Below, piece by piece: positions 51,204-61,034 of a stretch of 61,034 bases of DNA (positions within the stretch are counted from its first letter, which is position 1; each line of letters begins with the position of its first letter). Position numbers and translations under genes: made by a program. Origin of the DNA: Octopus bimaculoides (lineage: Eukaryota); NCBI RefSeq assembly GCF_001194135.2, contig NC_068996.1, forward strand, positions 25,890,170-25,951,203. The letters are read 5' to 3'. The notes below the pieces were generated by a model that worked only from the letters and a program-made list of their open reading frames with translations, did not search any database and had not been told where the DNA came from.

Positions 51204-51405
51204 TTTGCACCACCACCACCACTTTTCAACTGGTATTGGTATGTTTACTTACCTGTAACTCAGCAGTTCAGCAAAAAGTACCCAATAGAATAAGTACCAG
51301 GCTTTAAAAAAAAGTACTAGGGTCAATTCATTCGACTAAAAGTTCAAGATGGTGCCCCTGCATCGCCACAGTCTAATGGCTGAAACAGATAAAAAATAAA
51401 GTTTC
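50760..51405 (+). mobile_element. Microsatellite-linker SINE with an RTE 3' end (50903-51165, minus) nested in its linker
   Basis: SINE head to 50900, then (CAT)n-tailed RTE end, then (TG)n and the SINE 3' half. Confidence 0.75.
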
Positions 51406-51479
51406 TTATCCTACAACCATTGATTTCAATAGCACCTCTACTACAGCTGTGTATGTTGTTCCTTGGTTAATGAGGGTCA

Positions 51480-51800
51480 TGAAAAGATGGTGATATTTGC
51501 TTGAAAGGGTGCATGACTTGGGGAACAGGGAGTCACTATGAGTTGAGTCACTACTTCTCTACATTGAGAGATCACATCTCTGGTACCAACTGCATGTAGT
51601 TAGAATGTCCAAGGCCAGAATTGCAGGACAAATTTTATGGGTAAGACCAACAGAGAGGAAACATCAGGGTAGGCAACGAGCATGATGAGTGGATAATATC
51701 CACACTCTCAGTTAGTTCTGTTTGGGATCCAGCTGGAACATTGGTTGATTCCGATAGGAACACTTCTGAAAAGTATGTCTGACGACTCTACTCCCCAACG
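51480..51800 (+). mobile_element. Decayed RTE-clade C-terminal fragment (different family)
   Basis: IERSHLWYQLHVVRMSKARIAGQILWVRPTERKHQGRQR resembles IERSQLRWLGHVxRM...RPRGRPRTRW. Confidence 0.65.
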
Positions 51801-51968
51801 AGCCTAATGGGAATAAGGGAGTGAAGGAAAATGAATGATTGGATGGATCCAGTTAGAGTGGTTACACCATGTTAGTGGAACTTTTTATAAAGAATACATA
51901 AAAATTTCAAAACAAGAAAAAATTTATCTTACAAATACATACATATACATACATACATACCTACATAC

Positions 51969-52019
<51 letters not shown>

Positions 52020-52619
52020 NNNNNNNNNNNNNNNNNNNNNNNNNNNNNNNNNNNNNNNNNNNNNNNNNNNNNNNNNNNNNNNNNNNNNNNNNNNNNNNNN
52101 NNNNNNNNNNNNNNNNNNNNNNNNNNNNNNNNNNNNNNNNNNNNNNNNNNNNNNNNNNNNNNNNNNNNNNNNNNNNNNNNNNNNNNNNNNNNNNNNNNNN
52201 NNNNNNNNNNNNNNNNNNNNNNNNNNNNNNNNNNNNNNNNNNNNNNNNNNNNNNNNNNNNNNNNNNNNNNNNNNNNNNNNNNNNNNNNNNNNNNNNNNNN
52301 NNNNNNNNNNNNNNNNNNNNNNNNNNNNNNNNNNNNNNNNNNNNNNNNNNNNNNNNNNNNNNNNNNNATATATATATATATATATATACATATATACGAC
52401 GGGCTTCTTTCAGTTTCCGTCTACCAAATCCACTCACAAGGCTTTGGTCGGCCCGAGGCTATAGTAGAAGACACTTGCCTAAGGTGCCACACAGTGGGAC
52501 TGAACCCAGAACCATGTGGTTGGTAAGCAAGCTACTTACCACAAAACATTATGTGTACTTTACTTGTTTTGTTGCTTGATGAAACTTGAGCCATCCCAGG
52601 TTAGTGGTCACAGAGACAT

Positions 52620-52800
52620 CATCATGTTTAGGACCGACCAGGTCCATCAGTGCTCTTCATTGCTGTTGGTCCCATTTCATCCCCTCTGCATCCTTCAAGG
52701 TGACATTAAGTCTCTGGAGATCTTCCCCATCATGTCCAGTCATCTGGTGGAAGGCCTGGGAAGAGCTCTCTTCCAGTATGCAACTGCTGTGTTGAACGGG
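52620..52800 (-). mobile_element. RTE-clade extreme C-terminal fragment
   Basis: PRPSTR*LDMM-EDLQRLNVTLKDAEGMKWDQQQ*RALMDLVG. Confidence 0.6.
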
Positions 52801-52891
52801 AGTAAAGCTCTACTTATAATATACATCTACACACACACGCACACACACACACACACACATAATATAAGTTAAGATATATATATATAAGTTA

Positions 52892-52932
<41 letters not shown>

Positions 52933-53180
52933 NNNNNNNNNNNNNNNNNNNNNNNNNNNNNNNNNNNNNNNNNNNNNNNNNNNNNNNNNNNNNNNNNNNN
53001 NNNNNNNNNNNNNNNNNNNNNNNNNNNNNNNNNNNNNNNNNNNNNNNNNNNNNNNNNNNNNNNNNNNNNNNNNNNNNNNNNNNNNNNNNNNNNNNNNNNN
53101 NNNNNNNNNNNNNNNNNNNNNNNNNNNNNNNNNNNNNNNNNNNNNNNNNNNNNNNNNNNNNNNNNNNNNNNNNNNNNNNN

Positions 53181-53790
53181 TAGCATGGGTTGGACGATTT
53201 GACTGAGGACTGGTGAACCAGATGGCTACACCAGGCTCCAATCTGATTTGGCAGAGTTTCTACAGCTGGATGCCCTTCCTAACGCCAACCACTCAGAGAG
53301 TGTAGTGGGTGCTTTTATGTGCCACCGGCACGAAGGCCAGTCAGGCGGTACTGGCAACGGCCATGCTCAAAATGGTGTATTTTACATGCCACCTGCACAG
53401 GAGCCAGTCCAGCGGCACTGGCAATGATCTCGCTTGAATGACTTTTCACGTGCCAGCGGCACAAGTACCAGGAATGTGACGCTGCAGCACAAGTGCCAGG
53501 AAGGTGACGCTGGTAATGATCACGCTTGAACGGTGGTGCCATCATGATTTCGCTTTCACTTGCCCCAACAGGTCTTTGCAAGCAGAGTTTAGTGTCCAAT
53601 GAAGGAGATTTTGGCATGAGTGCCAGTCGTTGAATTTAGTTTGATTTCGATTTCACTTGCCTCAACAGGTCTTCGCAAGCAGAGTTTAGTGTCCAATGAA
53701 GGAAAGGTACGCATAAGTGGGCTGGCTACATCCCTGGCAGAGGCCTTGGAATTTGGTCTCACTTGGCTTGCCGGGTCATGGATTTTGGTC
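53181..53790 (-). mobile_element. Young RTE-family 3' UTR with subrepeats
   Basis: Close match to 7130-7800; CpG-rich; internal ~60-bp duplication at 53546-53703. Confidence 0.85.
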
Positions 53791-53862
53791 TTACTTGGCT
53801 TGGTAACATTCTCTCTATAGATTTGTATAAAGAAGCTAATTCAAAACTTTCATATATGAAGT

Positions 53863-53925
53863 AAAAAACTGGTGAGGCTGTATTTTAAAGAAAAGATCCT
53901 TAAAATGCAGCCTCACCAGTTTTTT
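53863..53925. repeat. 63-nt hairpin (26-bp stem, 11-nt loop) ending in a T-run
   Basis: aaaaaactggtgaggctgtattttaa / ttaaaatgcagcctcaccagtttttt; the only mismatch is a G-U pair on the plus strand. Confidence 0.9.
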
Positions 53926-54659
53926 TTATTGGGATTGAAGTAAAAGGTTCTGAATATCTTGCCATAATTACTTTCAGACAGGCCCTAGGCATAAAATACC
54001 ATAGTGAGTTGCTGGTAGGAAAGAATATTGAATCTGTGTTATTGGCTCTCTCTCCGATGTTGACCTCATTGCGTCTTAGAGAAAAAGAGGGAAATTCAAT
54101 TGGAATTTGCTCTTAAGTAGGCGATATTGCTTCTAATGCCTTCCTGTGTGTGGTTTAGCAGTTACGCCTTGTATGCCAGCAAAGGGGAAGCTAACCAATG
54201 TTTGCTTGAAATGTTCTAGAACATTCGACAAGGGAGATAACTGTAGTTGACTCTCAATAAATATTTTGCAGGCCACAAACCTGTTTCAAATAGCGTTGCC
54301 TATACCTACTTTAAATTTCTTCTTCACTATTAGTGGATTGAATAAAGTGCAGTTATATAGATTAAAATAATTATTTCTAATAGAGGCACAATGTTAGAAA
54401 ATTATGGGGAGGAGGTTAGCCAATTAGCATCAACTCTAGGACTTTAATGGTACTGCATTTTATTGACCCTGGAGGAAAGAAAGCAAAGTCAATCTCAGAA
54501 CACAGATATTTTTTTAAACTATGACTGAAAAGAATTTTTTAAACAATGTGCAAATCTTGAATCAGTAAATTATGAGGAGGTGGTTAGTTCATTATGTCAA
54601 CCCCAGAAAGTTGACCTCATTGGTCTGCAAGTACTTTATACAGCCCTAATCAACAAATG

Positions 54660-57600
54660 GGGAGATCCCATGCCTGCAGCAAGTAGCATCTGAAATGGCA
54701 GCAGGGACTATAGATCTCATGTCTTGAGTTTAAGAGAGACTTCAGGTCCAGCAAGTCTTTAAGGATCCTTGCCTGCTCTGCTATGCAAAGCTTGCATCAT
54801 CTGCTCTGATTTATATAGGACCACAGCTGCTCTATGATCCTCCATTTAATTTCATATAGAGTTCCTTTATCCATAAAGCACCACAAGTTGACATAACATC
54901 TTTCCGGAATCCTAACAGAAGACCTGTGGTCGTACAGACACCACTTAAAAGCGGTTCCAGCTGACCTGATATATATCAGAACTTGATTACTGATTGTGTT
55001 CTCACCTCTGGTATATCTTCCATTGGCTCTGGGCCTGGAGTTGTTGTTGGAGCTGACATTGGTGCTATTACAGGGAGTGGATCCAGCAATATTGCTGTAG
55101 TTCTTGGTGTTGCGGTAGTCATCAGCAGCCATAGTGTTGGTGTTACTGCTGTTGTTGCCAAGGGTGCTGTGGTTGCTGTTATTGTTAATTCTGGGCATGG
55201 GACTAGTAGCTCTGCTGGTGCTGGTGCTGGTGTGATCATTACTTCCGGCCATAGAGTTGGTACTGCACTTGTTGGAGTTTCTGCTGCTTAACCCCATAAC
55301 AATGGTTTTTTTATCAGGTGACTAGGTTGCACTGACAGTAATCATCTCAGCTGAGATCAGCAATTAGCACACAACAATGGTTTAGCATATATTTATGTCA
55401 ACCACTTTAAAGCATGCACTGTTTATTTATATAAACTGTCATCACTGTGCAGAATGCTCCTGCAGTATTACTGTGGAAATAAGATCCCTTGATAGTGTAA
55501 ATCAAACAAATAGCATATATTGACCTAAATCATCAAACATAAAATTAACCTTGATAAGGTAAATCTAAAAACAGGGTATAATACATAATGGGATATGATA
55601 GTCTGTGCATATATCTTGTCTCTTTTTGGTGACTGTGCACTGCACACATAGCACATAATTTTGATGCATTCTTCTGTTTTTTCAGTTGGTGGAAATGTCC
55701 AAGTCCCTTAATGATTTGACATATGTGGATGCCCCTGTGATTGGCATGGTGGAAAATTTGAAACTTCTATTCTTTCTTTTACAAGCAACTCAGAAAAAGT
55801 TAGTACACCTCCCACACCACCAAGCATCTGCCATGTGAAAAACGAATTTACTGGTGTCATGTCTATCACATATGGGAAAAGAAAAGTTTCACAAATTTGT
55901 GCACTGATATGCGTGTCGACATCAGTTGATTAGAATGATCAACATCACCCGTCACCTGAATGTATGCCAACACCATTGTTGGTTTCAATACTGGATTTCC
56001 AGCCATGTCCTATTTGCTAGTGTCAGCCATGCCAGCAAAATGCATGGTGGACAGCAAACAAACATTTTTCTTGTCTCTCCACACAAATGTCATAATTCCA
56101 TTATCAGTGAAGCGGCACATGGTTTCACCTTTGAGAAGTCTACCAGTGTGATGTTCGGGTAGTACGATATATCTGAAGGTATGCACAGTCCCACAAGTGT
56201 TTGTTTTCCTTGCTTGCAGCTGAAGAAATAGATCAGGACAGGAAAACCAGTTGTCCATACAAATGTTCTATCCTTCGTCCAACAATGCATTGTTGAGTGA
56301 CAAGACAACAATTGTGGATGCTGGAATGCTTGATTATCTTCTCCAATGTACATCTTATAGTTCCAAGTATAGCCATAGGCTGCACCAGATGACTGACACA
56401 CCTTATAAACTTTTATACTGATGCAAGCATACCTACTAGGATTGTACTGTTTGAATTTCAGCCACCCCTTGAATTTCCAGACTTTCATCAGTGGAAATGT
56501 CCTGCATGGATATATAAACAGTTCTGAAATTTTATACTATTTTGTCAATGACAAGAAAAATTTTGTGAAGCCTGTCATCGTTGTTATCACCAGAGTTGAA
56601 ATGAAGGTTTTTCAGCAGTGCTAAAAACTGGTTACATGGCATCATCTCTACAAGGAAAGGTGCTGCAGTTGTAGGATCCCTGTTCCAATATGAAGTGAAC
56701 ATCAGTTTCTGCACAATACTCATAAAGATGAATCAGACAAGGAAAACTTTGTCACCTGTAATTGAAAACCATTCAGCGTCATGTCTGGGCCTTGCGTTCT
56801 GAGGATGATTCACAGCATACTTGTCCATTTCATCGGCTATGTATTCAGACATTTCCTCCTTGTGAATTCATGGAATGACTCCAATGGCAAACTGTGATTT
56901 CAAAGATCTGCTTTTACATCAGGGGTACCAGAAAAACTGTAATATCATGAAAACTTGTCCATTGCCCATCACACCACATTCTGTTGGCCATGGGATGCTG
57001 CCCTATTGCCCCTTTGATGTAACAAATACTCATCATTGCTACTGGAATTGGAATCACCCAATCTACTGAGCAAATAATCACTCTCGGAGTCTGAATAATT
57101 CTAACCAGAATTAGCTATTGAGAATTCATCACATGACATTGAAGAGGAGGTGCTTGGTGTAGATGGACATGACAACAAATGTGATGAGGACCATAAATTC
57201 AATGAAGCTGGTGTACATGGACACGATGATCCTGGTGTTGAAGTTGGTGTAGCTGGATGTGAAGACCAGCATGAGGACCGTATGTATATTCAACGAACCT
57301 GGCATAGATGGATATGATGACTGTAAATTCCATGAAGAACCAGAAGAATTTTCTGTAAGTATATGAATTTGATAGGAAGCCATCGTGGAAATGGTGGTGT
57401 AACCACCAAAACTGCTGTTTTTAAACTATTATGGTGATAAAGTCTTGAACTGAGTTGGAAATATTATTTATATGAAGAATCAAACAAACCTATCAGATTC
57501 CTTGAAATTTGCATGATGGCTTCTATTATCGATTCTGTGAGTGATAGTGGATGTTCATGCTAATTGGTATACAAACAAGTACAAAATTGCAGCAGATACA

Positions 57601-58620
57601 ACTGGATATGTTTGTGTCGTCTGATTCAAAGCAAGTACACAGCAAACGTAAATTAATGTCAGCTGATGTCATGGGCTAATGCATTGCCACTGTTGCCATT
57701 GTTGTCCATGTTGTTGGATGAACCACTGCAGTCATTGTTGTCAGTGCTAGTGTTTCTGCTTCATAATGCATTGCCGCTGCTGTTACTTCTGTCATTACCC
57801 TTGTTGCTAATGTTGGATGCTGTGGTTGTAGTTGTCAGTGCTGGTGTTTCTGCTGCTGCCGCCTTTGCTGTTGTCATTGTTGTTGTGATGTTATTGGATA
57901 AACCATTGCTGTTATTACTCTGATTGTTAGGATTGGACATGACAACAGCCTCATAAACAACTCCCTCAGCCTCGCATTCCCCCTCCCCACCACCACTGGG
58001 CAGTCATTGTACTCCCTGCATGAGCAACTGGCCTCTGATCATGTTTTATGAGTGTTTGCCAATACTGTTTTTATGTTGGGTGCACAACTAAAGGATACCC
58101 TTAGATTATTTCTATTGAACAAAGAGTGGGGCAAAGGAAACAACATTCCAGTAGAACTTCCTTTTGCAGGTGCTAGGGTCTGGCATATGGGAGACGTGGT
58201 CCTTAAACCCATTGGATGCTAGGGCCTTGTTGTGATAGGGAGCTACTGCTTTGAAATTTTTTGATTTGAGAACAGGTTCAAGATCTTCTTGATGACACCC
58301 TTCACTAGGTTTCTGATCAGAATAGGCTGATGGCAGGAGGCTATGTTGATATAGGACAGCCTCTCATCTGGATTGCAGAAGGGCCTGTATGAACTGGAGC
58401 CCAAATCTAGCATGACAACTAGGAAGTTTATGATGGTGAGGTTGGTCTCAATTGTTATTTTTCAGTCTTATGGAGAGCACCTATATTTCTCTGTTATACA
58501 ATCATCTAAAAGTCTATTGCAAGTGTGTAAATCTATCCTATATAGGTTTCAGTCTTGTCAGAAGAATAAGGACCTGGCAGAGTGTTTTAGTTGTTGTATA
58601 TCAGTAAGGGGAAGATGACT
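54660..58620 (-). mobile_element. Penelope-like retroelement (RT C-terminus plus GIY-YIG endonuclease), interrupted by a piggyBac
   Basis: ITIETNLTIINFL...SYINIASCHQP...APYHNKALASNG...FNRNNLRVSFSCAPN...CSCREYNDCP..ECEAEGVVYEAVV (58620-57940), and YIRSAGTAFK..LYDHRSS...EIKWRII...CKLCIAE...LLNSRHEI (54973-54700). Confidence 0.9.
55292..57675 (-). mobile_element. Full-length decayed piggyBac (PGBD-like transposase)
   Basis: TTAA|CCCCATAACA left end and TGTCATGGG|CTAA right end; D motifs STDES, MDNWF and GDVD; LHFN motif; C-terminal Cys-rich KLCAMC...ETRY...PLC..PCF; many stops. Confidence 0.9.
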
Positions 58621-58623
58621 TAT

Positions 58624-58669
<46 letters not shown>

Positions 58670-58679
58670 NNNNNNNNNN

Positions 58680-58718
<39 letters not shown>

Positions 58719-58849
58719 ATGTATGAATGTTTGTATGTACGTGCATATGTATATATATGTTTCTGTGTGTGTATTTGTGTTTGTTTCCACTACCACAACC
58801 TTGAATGTGCTGAACTACCAGGGTCATTGAATAGATATACAAGTAAGTG

Positions 58850-59140
58850 GCTGAGTATTCCACAGACGTGCATACCTTTAACATAATTGCCAGGCAGAAT
58901 CAGCATGACATAGAGTGTGACAAGGCTGAGTATTCCTCAGACATGTGAACTCTTAACATAATTCCCAGGCAGAACCAGCATGATATAATATGTTACGAAG
59001 ATGTACCTTTGAATTAGAGGGTTCTAAGTTTTGGTCTACTTCATTCCATTTAGGTAAAGAAACTGCTCAAGATGCTATGCCACAGAATGGGGTCAAACTT
59101 TGAAGCTTGTAGCTGCAAAGCTGATTTCTTAACCAAGTTA
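58850..59140 (-). mobile_element. Decayed SINE (tail X) with an internal ~73-bp tandem duplication
   Basis: ggctgagtattccacagac...ttaacataatt...cagcatga occurs twice in 58850-58995. Confidence 0.6.
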
Positions 59141-60699
59141 AAAAGTTAGCAAAGCTTACTTCTTAGTCATGCTGCATCCATGTCAAAGAAGGACACAGTT
59201 GATGAAAATCCACTCCAAATATTAACTGGTATAGTTATTTTACCAAATCCCTTCTCTCTCTCTCTTCACTGTGGAAGCAAAACAACTCATCACTTAATAC
59301 TAACAAATAAAACCCATTAAGAACTATTATGCAAAAGATGTGTTATTGGTCATCCTTAATATAGCTTATTGTGTCTGATCTCTTACCTTATATTGGAACT
59401 GGTCTGCTTTTACCAAATAACAAAAGCTATATCAGGAACACCACAAAGTGACTAATGCCAAACTGTATCATGAGAGCAGTCAGCAAATTGTACAACTGCC
59501 AACTTGGTTTTTAAACTGTGCACTTCACAAATTTATTTTGGATCTTATTGATTTATGAATAGATTGGTCCAACTTTGTGTTGGAATTGCAGCCACAAAAA
59601 TATTTATTATTGTCATATCGAATTTAGTTGTGTCTGTTATAGTTTTAACTATGATGTATATCCATTTGATGAGAAGTTTAACAATGAAGATGATGAAGAG
59701 GCTGACGACAATGACGATATCAGTGTGATAATGAAAATGATGATGATGATCAAAATCATCATCACCATCATTGTTGCTATGATGATGATGATGATGATGA
59801 TGGAAGTAGTACTGGTGGTATTGCAGAGGGTTGTGTTGATGGTGGGGATGACAGCAATAGTGTGCTGGTGGTGAAGATGACAGTGGTTGCGGTGGTGATG
59901 TTAGAGATGATAATGATGATGATGATGATATTTAGCAGTGACCAGGGAGGATGTGTGAGAAGAGAAAGTGCAATCATTATAAAATATCAAACGTGTCAGA
60001 TCCATTACAAGCAAGTAGCATGACAAATGAGATATCACTTGCAAGCTATCAAAACTAGAGGACAATATCATATTTGTCATGGTATTCTCATTCTTTTAAT
60101 GTTAGGTAGTTAATTAATAAACAGGACTTAACATTTGAAACACAAAATAATCTTCTGCTTTGAATGTTTGGAACATGTCCAAATACCGAAAACAGAATGG
60201 TCTGTATGAAGAAACATCTAGCCATTCCTTTTATTGTTTAAGGTCTTTCATACATTTTGGGGAAACAAACTTGAAATTTGCAATCCAAGCATGTGAGGAG
60301 GCATGAACTTGTCTGGTCTACAAGCAATGGGCACTGTGTGTGAAGAGAGAGGATTTTGTTTACAGTTAGTGAATACATGTGAAAATGAGAGTAGATATAA
60401 ACTTACTCATTCAAACACACACTTATACACAGGGCTACATGGTAAAGAAGCTTGCTTACCGGCCATGTGATTTTAGGTTCAGTCACATTGTGCAACACCA
60501 TGGACAAGTAATTTTTACTGAAGTTCCAAGCTGACCAAAGCGAATTTGGTAGACAGAAACTGAAAGAAGCTGTCGTGTATGTGTGTGTGTTTCTTTGTGA
60601 GTGTGTGTGTGTGTGTGTGTGTTTGTGTGAGTGTGCATGTGTGTGTGTGTGTGTGTTTACATGCAGATACATGTATGTATGTGTGTCCTCACAATGTCA

Positions 60700-60950
60700 C
60701 AGTTGTAAATAGGGGAGCGGGCAAACGAACATTGGAGGGAACTTAAGGAAGGGAAGAACTCATCAGTTCTGTACCAGCACGCTGAGCAAGAACATAGAGG
60801 CTCAATCAACAACATAGAAATTAAAATCTTATCTACACATAGCAGTGATGCAGCACTTAGACAAATTACTAAAGCTACACACATAATAGAAGGGAAACCT
60901 AGCCTGAATAGGAAACTAGAATGGAACACTAACATACGCCACTAACAAAC
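60700..60950 (+). mobile_element. Second Penelope-like element, GIY-YIG C-terminal fragment
   Basis: GERANEHWRELKEGKNSSVLYQHAEQEHRG...IKILSTH..AALRQITKATHI, then after a frameshift PSLNRKLEWN, matching the ERxxEH...LxxH...RQIxEA...LNRKxEW pattern. Confidence 0.75.
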
Positions 60951-61034
60951 CACAGCATGTGACAACATGTTACCCATAAACCAATAATAGGAACAAAGTA
61001 TAATACAATACATAGATAGACAAATGGAATTAAA

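Larger units (their letters stand above)
516..60660. repeat. Dispersed simple repeats: (CA)n, (TA)n, (TACA)n, (GATA)n, (CAT)n, (CTA)n and mixed low-complexity tracts
   Basis: Examples: 516-581, 11683-12180, 14925-15145, 22813-23215, 25140-25380, 38230-38670, 49640-49870, 59690-59930. Most N-gaps abut these tracts. Confidence 0.95.

Noticed and set aside
14030-53241. Long ORFs in the track made of X runs or CV/HT/YI dipeptides
   Set aside because: Products of N-gaps and dinucleotide microsatellites, not genes.
54976-55291. Mucin-like or Ala/Val-rich ORFs (also 57666-57923)
   Set aside because: Alternative or antisense frames of the Penelope low-complexity linker.

Overview
AT-rich, gap-containing (12 N-runs), microsatellite-laden eukaryotic DNA. 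Its repeat families are of the kind I recognise from octopus genomes (tRNA-derived SINEs, RTE-clade LINE 3' ends with (GAT)n tails); the species call is an inference. No intact long host ORF is present, and most of the supplied ORF track is microsatellite, N-run or antisense-transposon noise. Retroelements: many RTE fragments, one near full-length decayed RTE/BovB-like LINE (43.8-47.2 kb), two CR1-type fragments and two Penelope-like (PLE) remnants. DNA elements: three mariners, a maT (DD37D) element, two Tigger/pogo fragments, a full-length decayed piggyBac, a TTAA piggyBac-type MITE family and several fold-back elements. Most notable: (i) four type I hammerhead-ribozyme motifs with unrelated stem sequences, each with a self-complementary helix III, plus two more decayed candidates; (ii) a Penelope element whose GIY-YIG motif is split by an in-frame ~197-aa Asn/Ser/Thr-rich insert, later hit by the piggyBac; (iii) a 287-bp palindrome built around a tRNA-like sequence. 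A few short candidate host exons are flagged but unproven.
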